Positions 17,898 to 27,356 of a stretch of DNA of 64,000 nucleotides are shown here, in pieces. Source of the DNA: Lachnospiraceae bacterium (lineage in GTDB: Bacteria; Bacillota_I; Bacilli_A; RFN20; CAG-826); contig CAVKLJ010000003.1 of NCBI GenBank assembly GCA_963657245.1, positions 65,219-129,218 on the forward strand. The letters run 5' to 3'. Positions within the stretch are counted from its first letter, which is position 1; each line of letters opens with the position of its first letter. The position numbers and the translations under genes were made by a program. The notes beneath the pieces were generated by a model. That model was not told where the DNA came from. It ran no database searches and worked only from the letters and a program-made list of their open reading frames with translations.

Positions 17898-19691
17898 TTA
17901 TTTGCTTTCTACAAACATTGATAAAGATTTATCATTGTAGAAATATGCACGTTCTAAAGTGTAATCTGGATCAATGCCTGCATCATTGTCTTTGAATGAG
18001 CCATCGCTTGCCTTTGTTGATAAGCGTGATGTACCTGACATTTGGAATGGAGAGCCATCAGCAGTAACGGATGGGCGAACAACACACGCTCCTCCTCCAC
18101 TCTTTTCGCCAATGATTTTAGCAATGCCGCTTTCTTTGCAAACGGTTGGGAATAAGTTTGCACAAGAGAAAGAATAATTAGATGTTAAGACGAAGAACTT
18201 ATAATTGCTCTTCACGTCGTTTGCATCAACCTTGCCATCAAGGTTTGTGTCAACGGCATAATGAAGAGTTGTCTTGCTTCCGCTAAGTGGGTTATAGATA
18301 TTGATATTCACGGAATTAGTAAGGAAACCAAGCATAGCAATGCATGCATCTGCCGCTCCACCACCATTGATTGATAAATCAAGAACAACGTGAGTTATGC
18401 TATTCATGCTATCAATCTTTTTCATATAGGAATAGAGCATAGCGAAGGAATCTTCGGCAACATAGTTAGAAACTGTCGCGGAAGTAAAATTCTTATAAGT
18501 TGAAACGAAGGAATCAAAACGAATGATAGCCGTATGTCCATATGTGCTAAAAGCGGAAGGATTGTTTCCTAGGCTAGCTTTACGCATAAGTGCTAATGTG
18601 CTTCCGGTTTCAGAAAGAGTAATGTATCTATCGGAATAAACACTTGAAGAAACTTCATTTTGTCCATTGCCAAAGATCGAGGAAAAGCGAAGAGCACCAG
18701 TATGCCCATCACCCAATATGCCATAGAGAAGTTCATTTAACGCGTATTGGTAATCATCGTTATCTGTCGATTTCAAATTCTTTCTGATTGAGGAGTATTT
18801 ATTTGCTAAATATGTGTCTAATGGAGCAAATCCTTTGTCAGCAAAGCCATAGAAATAATCGATTTGGAAACAAAGGGCGTTGTAGTTATATGTCGCATAT
18901 TCACTTGTTCTGCCGCCTTTTTTCAATGATCCGTTATAGAAAGACTTAGCATAGGAGCTAAATTGATATTCATCACCTTTGAGGGGAATTAAATATGCAT
19001 CAGTAGTTACCGTATAGAAATCTTCACCGTTGTATGCAAAGGCAAGTCCTAAGGATGAGAAGAAGATATCCGATGCTGGAGCAAAAGGAATATATGTTTC
19101 TTTGCCATAAGCGATAACATCAAGAGAATGGCTCTTAAAATCAAAGACGGTTGCTTTGCTTGAAGTGTATTCACAAGGATTTGTCTCGCTATATGTGACA
19201 TAAGATCCTTTAGATTCGGCAAGAGAGGAAATTCCGTTAACCTCGGAATAATTGATGCTCATTGTCGTGAATCTATCATAGTCATCAAATGTTAATGTAT
19301 CGTTTTCCGTATCTGCGGTAACAACGTGTTTTGCAGATGTTGCCGTAGTAATCGTGTACTTATGGATAGAGCCATTTACTTCTTCTGTTATCTTCGAACC
19401 TTCTGGTCCAAGTAAAGGAAGAAGGGTTTCTAAAGAGACAAATGGAATGCTTCCCGATGTGCGATAAGAAATCTTGCTATCGTTTGATAAAATATTAGCG
19501 GCAACATAATCTGATCCTTGAACCTTTGCTTGAAGAAGTTTTCCTTCCTTTAAGCTAGATAAATCCTTCTCTGTTTTTTGTTCATATGAATTGGAATTGC
19601 TGCTATTGATGATGTCGTAAATGTTGATGTTACAGCCTGTAAGCAAACAAGCGCCTAATAATGGAAAAAGTAGTATTTTCTTATTCTTCAT
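17898..19691 (-). CDS. Lipoprotein with C-terminal S41-family peptidase-like domain
   Basis: Signal peptide plus lipobox LLTGC. The C-terminal part has LDLSINGGGAADA and TSNYSFSCANLF...IIGEKSGGG, resembling the S41 DLRxNxGG and SASAAE...IGE.T.GG blocks. Confidence 0.6.
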   Translation of the reverse strand: MKNKKILLFPLLGACLLTGCNINIYDIINSSNSNSYEQKTEKDLSSLKEGKLLQAKVQGSDYVAANILSNDSKISYRTSGSIPFVSLETLLPLLGPEGSKITEEVNGSIHKYTITTATSAKHVVTADTENDTLTFDDYDRFTTMSINYSEVNGISSLAESKGSYVTYSETNPCEYTSSKATVFDFKSHSLDVIAYGKETYIPFAPASDIFFSSLGLAFAYNGEDFYTVTTDAYLIPLKGDEYQFSSYAKSFYNGSLKKGGRTSEYATYNYNALCFQIDYFYGFADKGFAPLDTYLANKYSSIRKNLKSTDNDDYQYALNELLYGILGDGHTGALRFSSIFGNGQNEVSSSVYSDRYITLSETGSTLALMRKASLGNNPSAFSTYGHTAIIRFDSFVSTYKNFTSATVSNYVAEDSFAMLYSYMKKIDSMNSITHVVLDLSINGGGAADACIAMLGFLTNSVNINIYNPLSGSKTTLHYAVDTNLDGKVDANDVKSNYKFFVLTSNYSFSCANLFPTVCKESGIAKIIGEKSGGGACVVRPSVTADGSPFQMSGTSRLSTKASDGSFKDNDAGIDPDYTLERAYFYNDKSLSMFVESK

Positions 19692-19786
19692 TTCTTTTTC
19701 CTCCTAACTTGGTAAATTATCCGTACAGGAAAAGAAAAATACAATCTTATTTTTACAAAAATAAGTAATTGGTAACGATATGGTTT

Positions 19787-20191
19787 TTATCTTTTTCTTT
19801 TTTCGTAGAAATAAGACAAAATAGACTTTCTTGGAACGATGCCAATAAAGGTGTTTCGATCGTCAATTAGAGGGATGAAATTTTGTTCCATTAACAAAGC
19901 GAGAATCTCCTCAAATTCTCCATTGATATTCAAAGCCTTATAGGAGCGATATCTAGGAACATCCATAGCTTTGACGTTCTCTACCTTCTTTAAATCTAGA
20001 TCACCATTGTTTTTGATAAATGAAAGAAGGTCTCCCTCAGATATTGTGCCAATATATTTGCCATTTTTATCAAGCAATGGAACAGTCGAGTACTTATAAA
20101 AATCCATCTTTTCAAGCACTTGGCGAATGCTAACGTCATCTTCCAAAAACTTTGTCTGAGTCTTTGGTATTAAGAAAGCCAAAATATTCAT
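19787..20191 (-). CDS. CBS-pair domain protein
   Basis: 134 aa with two CBS-like repeats (VPLLDKNGKYIGTISEGDLL and IPLIDDRNTFIGIVPRKSIL). Confidence 0.7.
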   Translation of the reverse strand: MNILAFLIPKTQTKFLEDDVSIRQVLEKMDFYKYSTVPLLDKNGKYIGTISEGDLLSFIKNNGDLDLKKVENVKAMDVPRYRSYKALNINGEFEEILALLMEQNFIPLIDDRNTFIGIVPRKSILSYFYEKRKR

Positions 20192-20260
20192 CTAGGTAAC
20201 CCTCCTTTTCAACAAAACAATCTTATCAGTTATGAAGGATTTCTAGGATAAAAATTTTCA

Positions 20261-20959
20261 CTAAGCTTTATAGGTCGTTTTTCTTAAATTACGGACGTCG
20301 TGTTGAGAGATAAGAGAGAAGATAACAGGTGCTAAAGGAGCGGTTTGACTTAAGGTTTCTAAAACAGAGATGTATCCTTCAAAAGGAAGATAATCTTGAG
20401 CAATTGAGCAAGGAATAGAAAGGCCTATGCAAATGATGCCAATGGCCATAAGAATTCCCCACGTTTTCCCTTTCTTTGGGAAGAAAACGGTGATGAGGAA
20501 AAAGAATAAAGCTAAACCTAGCAATCCAAATTCCATGAAATAGAAAAGGTTATAAGCGGAAAATGATTCGTGTAGTTTTGCTGGCAAGGCAATAAGTTCA
20601 GGAGTGATAAGCGCTCCTCCAACAACTAGCCAAGCAAATAAATAGAAAGTAGAAATCGCTTGAAGACCAACATGTTCTTTCTCTTTGGCCATATCGGCGA
20701 TTCCATCGACAAAGGCAATAAGAATAAGAGCAAAAATAAGTTCGATTCCTTCATAGGCAATTGAATCATTGAGCTTATCTATCTCATCTTCGCTTGCGCC
20801 ATTCTTTTGCAAGGAATAAATAATAATGAAGGTGACACCGAAAATAATGTGCAGAACGTCAAAAATCGTAAAACCTAGGAAGTTATAGTTCTTTCCTGGG
20901 TGACGAATGTCTTTTCCTTCGAAATCGCGAACTATCTCTTCTTCTTTGCTTTCTTTCAT
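20261..20959 (-). CDS. Multi-pass membrane protein, unknown function
   Basis: 232 aa with about six hydrophobic segments. No motif recognised. Confidence 0.5.
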   Translation of the reverse strand: MKESKEEEIVRDFEGKDIRHPGKNYNFLGFTIFDVLHIIFGVTFIIIYSLQKNGASEDEIDKLNDSIAYEGIELIFALILIAFVDGIADMAKEKEHVGLQAISTFYLFAWLVVGGALITPELIALPAKLHESFSAYNLFYFMEFGLLGLALFFFLITVFFPKKGKTWGILMAIGIICIGLSIPCSIAQDYLPFEGYISVLETLSQTAPLAPVIFSLISQHDVRNLRKTTYKA

Positions 20960-20983
20960 AGCAAGAAGTATTCTAACTCAATT

Positions 20984-21751
20984 TCAGTTAGAATGCGCTT
21001 CTCTTCTTTGAAGAATGGTGTAATTGCTTAAATCGTCGAGTTTATTGAATTTTCTTGTCGCAAAATAAATAGGATAGAAGAAGAGAATAATCAAAATTAC
21101 AGTTATTGCTGATGTAAACAAGGCCGCAGGAAGTTTAGCAATTGAGGTTGCTAAAGCTGCTTCATAGGTTGTTCCAACAGCCAAAGAGAAAAGAATACGG
21201 AGGAAGAACTCCCCTGCTACATTCACGGCTAGAGATATTGTCAAAGAGAATAATAACGGCTTGCTTGATGAAGGCAGCCAGAAGGAAGCAATCGTTGAAA
21301 CCAACAAAATGCCAATAAGTGAGGATAGTCCAATTATTGTTACTATGGTATATCCTGATTTAGGAACGAAATACATATAGATTGAATATCCCAATAAACC
21401 TAGGAGGATAACAAAAGAAGAACCCATCAAAATCCAGCCATTTGATTTCTTCTTAAGACAGACTCTAAACAGCAAACCAGATAGGAATCCCATGAGAAAT
21501 TTCAAAATAAAGGTTCTAAGGAATGTCGTCCAAGCATAGCCTAACATAATATCGTTAAAGCCCATTCCTAAGGAACCAGCAAGACCTCCAATAAGCGGTC
21601 CGCATAAAAGGCCACAAAGGATGCAAACAAAGTTTCCTAAATGCACCTTGCTTGTTCCAAAGGGGATTGAAATAAATGTCGCCCCGAAACATAAGGCAAT
21701 GAAAATTGCCGTATATACCATCTTTATCAATAATGTTCTTTCTTTACTCAT
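20984..21751 (-). CDS. Multi-pass membrane protein, ECF-transporter S-component-like
   Basis: 255 aa. The hydrophobic profile and Gly-rich helix (LCGPLIGGLAGSLGMG) are reminiscent of ECF S components. Weak call. Confidence 0.4.
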   Translation of the reverse strand: MSKERTLLIKMVYTAIFIALCFGATFISIPFGTSKVHLGNFVCILCGLLCGPLIGGLAGSLGMGFNDIMLGYAWTTFLRTFILKFLMGFLSGLLFRVCLKKKSNGWILMGSSFVILLGLLGYSIYMYFVPKSGYTIVTIIGLSSLIGILLVSTIASFWLPSSSKPLLFSLTISLAVNVAGEFFLRILFSLAVGTTYEAALATSIAKLPAALFTSAITVILIILFFYPIYFATRKFNKLDDLSNYTILQRREAHSN

Positions 21752-21890
21752 AATTTTCGTCTTTCAGCAATTTCATATGATAGTCATTATTGGTCGTATA
21801 AGCAAAACTTGTTAGCGCTTTTAAACAAAAATAAATGTAAAAAAACCGTTATATAAGTTAATATGTAACAGTAGCGTATTTATTCAGTAA

Positions 21891-23618
21891 ATGATTAGTA
21901 ACACGATATTAGAAGCAACAACTGAGTCTCCGGTAATCCTTGTTTTATTAATGCTTGGCGGACTTGGCGCCCTTTTTGTTGGCATGAATATGTTGCAATC
22001 TTCGACTGAGAAACTTGCAACAAGTGGCTTAAAACGTCTTTTTGCTAAAACCGCTAAATCTAAATTAGCAGGCGTTGGTATCGGCACTTTGGTTACGATG
22101 ATCATGCAATCAAGTGGGGCAACTACAATCATGGTCGTTGGTTTTGTTAACGCTGGCGTTATGAGTTTAGCGCAAGCTGCAACCTACATCATGGGCGCGA
22201 ATATCGGAACAACAATCACCGCTCAAATTGTTGCGTTAGGTGGATTATCTTCCTCCGCTTTCCCTCTAACTGAAATCATCATCTCTTTAACTCTTATTGG
22301 CGTTATTATGCGTCTTATTTTCCATAAGAAGTTCCCTAAGGTTGCCTTTATTGGTGATATGATCACGGGTCTTGGCCTTCTTTTCTTAGGACTCGAGACA
22401 ATGACATCGAATATGCAAAGCATGTTCCTTTCTAATGAAGGATTAAAAAACGCTTTGATTTCCTTATCTAATCCATTCCTCTTACTACTTATTGGTATTG
22501 TTCTCACAGCAATCGCCCAATCATCAAGTGCGGTAACTTCTATCGTTTTAGCCTTAGCAATGGCTGGTGCAGTCATTGGCGGAAATGGCAATGGTGTCCT
22601 TTATTTGATCCTTGGTTCAAATATTGGTTCTTGTACGACAGCCCTTCTTTCAGCAATTGGTTCAACGGTTAACGGCAAAAGAGCTTCAATTATCCACTTA
22701 TTATTTAACGTCTTTGGCTCATTGATTTTCTTTATCATTCTTATTTGCTGGCCAAAAGCGATGGAAAGCACGTTTGCTAGATGGTTCCCAGATTCTCCTG
22801 CGACACAAATCGCAATGTTCCACACCTTCTTTAATGTTGTTGCCACGATTATTTTCTTACCACTAACAAAATTCTTAGTCATCTTAGCTGAAAAAATTGT
22901 TCCTGATAAAGGTAGGGATGTTGAATCCGATCTTCTTGATTCAAGATTTCTTTCTACCCCTGAACTTGCTTTATCACAAGCAGTTTCTTATTACCACATC
23001 ATGGCTAATTTGGCTTTGAACGACTTAAACATCGCTTTGAATGCCTTCTTAGATAAAAACGAAGGCAAGAAGGAAGAAATAGATCAATTAGAGAGCAAAG
23101 TTCTCCATATGTCTAAAGAGCTTTCTTCCTTTATCGTTCAAATTGCCTCAAAAGGCGTTAGTGAAGAATCCCAAAAGAGAATCTCTAGGATGCAACTTGA
23201 TATTGCTGATATCATCCGTTTCACAGAAGTCGCAGATAACATTACTGGATATACCCATCATGAAGTTAACGAAGACTTAACCTTCTCTCCTATCGTTATT
23301 TCCGATTTGAAAGATATGCAAATTAAAATCAACGATATGTTTAAAACGGTTGATGAAATCGTTGATAAGCAATCTCTTGAACGACTTGAGGAAGCAAGAA
23401 AGATGGAAGATGGAATTGATGAGAAACGTACATCAATGGTTCACGGACATCTTAAACGTTTAGAAGTTGGAGAATGCAAGCCTCAAAGCTCGAATGTCTT
23501 TATCAATCTTGTTGGTAACTTGGAACGTTGTGGTGACCACCTTAACTTTATTGCCGAACGTTCTTGTAATGATCTTCTTCCTAAGAACGAAGAAAATAAC
23601 ATCACATTGCATCCGTAG
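21891..23618 (+). CDS. Na+/phosphate cotransporter family protein with PhoU-like C-terminal domain
   Basis: 575 aa. It has duplicated Na_Pi_cotrans motifs (QSSGATTIMVVGFVNAG and QSSSAVTSIVLALA). The soluble helical C-terminus ends in the LERCGDHLNFIAE PhoU-like motif. Confidence 0.8.
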   Translation: MISNTILEATTESPVILVLLMLGGLGALFVGMNMLQSSTEKLATSGLKRLFAKTAKSKLAGVGIGTLVTMIMQSSGATTIMVVGFVNAGVMSLAQAATYIMGANIGTTITAQIVALGGLSSSAFPLTEIIISLTLIGVIMRLIFHKKFPKVAFIGDMITGLGLLFLGLETMTSNMQSMFLSNEGLKNALISLSNPFLLLLIGIVLTAIAQSSSAVTSIVLALAMAGAVIGGNGNGVLYLILGSNIGSCTTALLSAIGSTVNGKRASIIHLLFNVFGSLIFFIILICWPKAMESTFARWFPDSPATQIAMFHTFFNVVATIIFLPLTKFLVILAEKIVPDKGRDVESDLLDSRFLSTPELALSQAVSYYHIMANLALNDLNIALNAFLDKNEGKKEEIDQLESKVLHMSKELSSFIVQIASKGVSEESQKRISRMQLDIADIIRFTEVADNITGYTHHEVNEDLTFSPIVISDLKDMQIKINDMFKTVDEIVDKQSLERLEEARKMEDGIDEKRTSMVHGHLKRLEVGECKPQSSNVFINLVGNLERCGDHLNFIAERSCNDLLPKNEENNITLHP

Positions 23619-23623
23619 AGACT

Positions 23624-23675
23624 ACTTCTAGATCCTAGAAGTTTTCTAGAAGTGAACTAGAAGTTTTCTAGAAGT
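23624..23675. repeat. Word module 1: inverted ACTTCTAG followed by 4 x CTAGAAGT at 11-bp period
   Basis: ACTTCTAG is at 23624. CTAGAAGT occurs at 23635, 23646, 23657 and 23668. The module starts 6 nt after the upstream stop codon. Confidence 0.9.
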
Positions 23676-23697
23676 AATTGTAAAGATTTTATTTAGC

Positions 23698-23725
23698 AGT
23701 GACATCTTGTCACTTTTTTATTTTT
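23698..23725 (+). terminator. Rho-independent terminator of the Na/Pi gene
   Basis: AGTGACA-tct-TGTCACT stem followed by TTTTTTATTTTT. Confidence 0.75.
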
Positions 23726-23734
23726 CTTTATAAT
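23707..23734 (+). promoter_or_regulatory. Putative promoter of AlbA_2 paralog 2 (TTGTCA-N16-TATAAT)
   Basis: -35 at 23707..23712 and -10 at 23729..23734. The promoter lies between the two CTAGAAGT modules. Confidence 0.5.
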
Positions 23735-23769
23735 TTCAGTTTTATTTCGATATTTACTTAATTTCATCA

Positions 23770-23821
23770 ACTTCTAGATCAGAGAAGTTTTCTAGAAGTA
23801 GTCTAGAAGTTTTCTAGAAGT
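23770..23821. repeat. Word module 2, homologous to 23624..23675
   Basis: ACTTCTAG is at 23770 and a degenerate AGAGAAGT at 23781. CTAGAAGT occurs at 23792, 23803 and 23814. It has the same 11-bp phasing and sits 146 bp from module 1. Confidence 0.9.
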
Positions 23822-23877
23822 TGAACTTGATTTTTCAACTTTTAAATCTAAAATATAGAATGAAACGAGGTGAGAAT

Positions 23878-25329
23878 ATGTTGCTTGATGAATTGATAAA
23901 AGATAAATTCTTTGAAACTAAAACTGCAGAATTTAAGAGCGAGCTTAACCCGGTTAAACCCCTAAGTTGGCTTAAAACAGTAGACGCGTTTGCAAACTGT
24001 GAAGGCGGAACAATCTACATAGGTGTAAATAATGAAACCTATGAGCTGATCGGTTTAAAAAGAGAAGGTGTGGATTTTCAAGTTCAAACTTTTATAAAAA
24101 CCGTTAAAGAACATTTTCAATCAATCCCAACATATTCCTTTAAATACACAAAATTTAAGAACGAAAACAACGAGGAACGTTTCTTATTAGAGATAAAGAT
24201 TGAAGAATCTAGAGCAAAGCCGATTGTTTTGACCTACGATGGCATACCATCGATATACGTTAGAGATGAGGGAAGAACATCTTCTGCGACAAGCGAGCAG
24301 ATAAGACAAATGGTTCTATCCACTTCTTCTATTGATTTCGATTGTATTGAAACCGATATTCCATATAACAAAGGCGACTTTAAGCTCCTTTTTGCTACAT
24401 TCAAAGAGAAACACAAAGGAGAAGAATTAACCGAAAAAATCCTTCGCTCGGAAAACTTCTACTCCGAAAAGGGTTTTCTTTATAAGGGCTCCTTACTATT
24501 CAAAGACGATTTCGTGGGTCAAGAAACAAAAACCGTCTGCATCAAGTGGAATGGCATAAACAAAGGTGACTCAACTTATCTAAATGAGCAGGAATTCAGC
24601 GGCAACATTCTTCAAAATATTGAATCTGTCATCGATTATATCGAGAAGAATTCTGACAGTGGTTTCCTTAAAGAAGACCGTGGCAGAAAAACGATATATT
24701 CCTATCCAAAACGCTCTCTTTTTGAAGGAATGATTAACGCTTATGCACATAAAGATTATTTTATCGCCAATTCAGAAATACACGTGAATCTATTCAAAGA
24801 TAGATTGGAGATAACCTCCCCCGGATCTTTAGTTAATGGAGAAACTTTTTATCGAAATGAAAACCTCATCGAAATTGATCCAGTAAGAAGAAACGATAAA
24901 ATATGCGCCATATTAAAGGTTCTTTTGCTTATGGAAAAGAATGGAACAGGGTTCTCGAAAATAGAAGATGATTATTCCGGTTTCGGGAAGAAATACGCCC
25001 CACTCATCACATCAAATAAGATGTCGTTCACATTGACCTTGCCAAACCTTCTTTCTCCTACAGGAATCATCAATGAAGATACGACTGACCTTCCTCTCTT
25101 CTATGAAAACAAAGGCGAAGAAAAGAAAAACGACAAAACCATTCTTTCATATTGTTATTACAGTCCAAAAACCTTGGAAGAAATCGCCAACACTCTTTCT
25201 GTCAAAGTTTCTTCCTACCTTAGAAATGACATCAAAAACAGATTGGTGAATAATGGTTTATTGCTTGAAGGCAAGAACAGAAACGCCATAACTTATAAAA
25301 CAAACACAGAACTAGTTAAACTAATCTAG
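23878..25329 (+). CDS. AlbA_2 plus HATPase_c_4 putative DNA-binding ATPase/regulator, paralog 2
   Basis: I prefer the start at ATG 23878 over the track's TTG 23821, because it has the RBS GAGGTGA and aligns with the paralog N-termini (MLLDELIK...). Motifs are TKTAEFK, AFANCEGGTIYIGV and EGMINAYAHKDYFIANSEIHVNLFKDRLEITSPG. Confidence 0.75.
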   Translation: MLLDELIKDKFFETKTAEFKSELNPVKPLSWLKTVDAFANCEGGTIYIGVNNETYELIGLKREGVDFQVQTFIKTVKEHFQSIPTYSFKYTKFKNENNEERFLLEIKIEESRAKPIVLTYDGIPSIYVRDEGRTSSATSEQIRQMVLSTSSIDFDCIETDIPYNKGDFKLLFATFKEKHKGEELTEKILRSENFYSEKGFLYKGSLLFKDDFVGQETKTVCIKWNGINKGDSTYLNEQEFSGNILQNIESVIDYIEKNSDSGFLKEDRGRKTIYSYPKRSLFEGMINAYAHKDYFIANSEIHVNLFKDRLEITSPGSLVNGETFYRNENLIEIDPVRRNDKICAILKVLLLMEKNGTGFSKIEDDYSGFGKKYAPLITSNKMSFTLTLPNLLSPTGIINEDTTDLPLFYENKGEEKKNDKTILSYCYYSPKTLEEIANTLSVKVSSYLRNDIKNRLVNNGLLLEGKNRNAITYKTNTELVKLI

Positions 25330-25389
25330 CATGCCTTCTTTCTATTTAAGGAAGCAAAATGTACAATTATTCACCGTTGGAGGAGTTTT

Positions 25390-26121
25390 ATGTTTCTTTA
25401 CTATGTACGCCATGGCGAGCCAAATTACGAAAAAGATTGTCTAACCGAAAAAGGCCAAAAACAAGCTGAAGCAATTGCCAAAATATTCAAACAAATTGGC
25501 ATTGATAAAGTATATGCCTCAACAATGGGAAGAGCCCAAGAAACAGCCAAGCCTACTGCTAAAGAATTTAATCTTCCAATTATCCCTTGCCCATGGGCTA
25601 GAGAAGATAGAGGCTGGGAAGATTATTCCACCATCCTTTCTCCACATGAAAAGACCTGGATATTCTGGGATCCAAAATACGTTGAAGAATTTCTTTCTAA
25701 AGAAACTAGAGATGCTGGATACACCTTCTATAACTTACCAGCTTATAAAGACACCAACATCAAAAGAGGAATTGAATTTACCGATAACGCCGTAGATTCT
25801 TTTATGCTAGAACTTGGCTATAAGCATGATAGAGAACATGCTTGTTATCAAGAAATAAAGAAGAATGACGAGCATGTGGCTCTCTTTGCTCATCACGCTT
25901 TCGGATTAGCCTTTCTTTCTTCTTTACTTGATATCCCTTATTCTTTCTTTTCGATGAGATTTGATATGTGCCATACTGGATACACATTAATTGAATTCAA
26001 AGCGGATAAGAATGGCAGGGTCATACCAAATGTTGTTCATCTTTCTGATGATGCTCATCTTCATAAAGACGGTTTGTTCGTTAAAGAAATGCCATCAGAA
26101 GTATATATAGAGGTAAAATAA
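25390..26121 (+). CDS. Histidine phosphatase (phosphoglycerate-mutase-like) family protein
   Basis: 243 aa with an N-terminal YVRHGEP (RHG motif) and a later H in LFAHHAFG. Confidence 0.7.
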   Translation: MFLYYVRHGEPNYEKDCLTEKGQKQAEAIAKIFKQIGIDKVYASTMGRAQETAKPTAKEFNLPIIPCPWAREDRGWEDYSTILSPHEKTWIFWDPKYVEEFLSKETRDAGYTFYNLPAYKDTNIKRGIEFTDNAVDSFMLELGYKHDREHACYQEIKKNDEHVALFAHHAFGLAFLSSLLDIPYSFFSMRFDMCHTGYTLIEFKADKNGRVIPNVVHLSDDAHLHKDGLFVKEMPSEVYIEVK

Positions 26122-27231
26122 ATGGAAAACACAAGCGAAAAAGCGATTTCTGAAAACAAATGGAAATCATTTTGGAAATCATTTAAAGACAAATTGATGA
26201 CCACGACCAATGGTATGGCTATTGGTTTGTTTGGTACGTTAATTATTGGAACAATCCTTGATTTATTCACCCAAATCCCAGGTCTTTCTGCTTTATCTAG
26301 CTGGACCACTGTCATTAAAGGCTTGATGGGTGCGGGTATCGGATTAGGCGTTGCTTTATCTTTAAAGAAGAGTGGAGTCGTGGTTGTCGCCTCGATGGCT
26401 GCAGGCATGATAGGTAACTACGCCTTCTCTTTTGAAACAGGGAAAGTCTCTTCAATCAGCGATCCTCTTTCTTGTTACTTAAGCGCGGTTCTCTGCTTAC
26501 TTGCAATTAAATACATCATGAGAAAGAAGACCCCAGTTGATATTATTCTTCTCCCACTAGTTGGTTTGATATTCTCTTTGTTATATTCTTTCTTGCTTGC
26601 TAACTATATTCATTACATCACCATCGGTTTAGGATGGGTTATTGAAAAGACGTTCTCCGTTGTACCTTTCTTAATGTGCATCATTATTTCCGTCCTTGTT
26701 GGCATGGCTTTAACTGCACCTATATCGTCGGTTGCAATATGCGTTGCCATTTCAATTGGAAACGTTCCTTTAGCTGCTTATGCCGCATTAATTGGATGTT
26801 CAACTCAAATGGTTGGATTTGCTGTTCAAACAGCTTATGACAATAAATGGGGATCGGTTATTGCGGTTGGTATTGGAACATCAATGTTGCAATTTAAAAA
26901 TATTGTTAGAAAACCTCTTATTTGGTTACCAACAATCATTGCTTCAGCAATCTTAGGGCCTTTTGCAATGCTTATGCCAATTCAAGATGCGGCAACATAT
27001 GCCGAAAACGGCTTCACATCATCTTTATCAGTTGCTGGTGGCATGGGAACATCTGGTCTAGTTGGACCATTAAATGTATTAGCTGCAAATCAATATAACT
27101 GGGTGCTTATTATTGAGGTCATTGCTTTCTGCGTAATTGTTCCTGCAACATTGGTCTTCCTCATTGATTTCCTTTTTAGAAAACTTGGCTGGATAAAGAA
27201 AGGCGACTTGGCCTTATCTAGCGATTTATAA
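26122..27231 (+). CDS. Polytopic membrane protein, PTS EIIC_2-like permease
   Basis: 369 aa with about 10 TM segments. Gly-rich loops (MGAGIGLGVALSL) resemble the PTS_EIIC_2 family from memory. The start abuts the upstream stop. Confidence 0.4.
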   Translation: MENTSEKAISENKWKSFWKSFKDKLMTTTNGMAIGLFGTLIIGTILDLFTQIPGLSALSSWTTVIKGLMGAGIGLGVALSLKKSGVVVVASMAAGMIGNYAFSFETGKVSSISDPLSCYLSAVLCLLAIKYIMRKKTPVDIILLPLVGLIFSLLYSFLLANYIHYITIGLGWVIEKTFSVVPFLMCIIISVLVGMALTAPISSVAICVAISIGNVPLAAYAALIGCSTQMVGFAVQTAYDNKWGSVIAVGIGTSMLQFKNIVRKPLIWLPTIIASAILGPFAMLMPIQDAATYAENGFTSSLSVAGGMGTSGLVGPLNVLAANQYNWVLIIEVIAFCVIVPATLVFLIDFLFRKLGWIKKGDLALSSDL

Positions 27232-27290
27232 TCAACCATTTCAACTAGCTGAATATATTTTGATGTACAAAAAATGCATAAAATCTAGAC

Positions 27291-27330
27291 TTTGAACTAC
27301 TTCAAAGGTTGTTTGAAGTGCGTTTGAAGT
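27291..27330. repeat. TTTGAAGT-type words upstream of AlbA_2 paralog 3
   Basis: TTTGAACT is at 27291 and inverted ACTTCAAA at 27299. TTTGAAGT occurs at 27312 and 27323 (11 bp apart). The RBS AGGAGGA is at 27343. Confidence 0.8.
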
Positions 27331-27356
27331 AAGATATTTTTCAGGAGGAAATTTCT

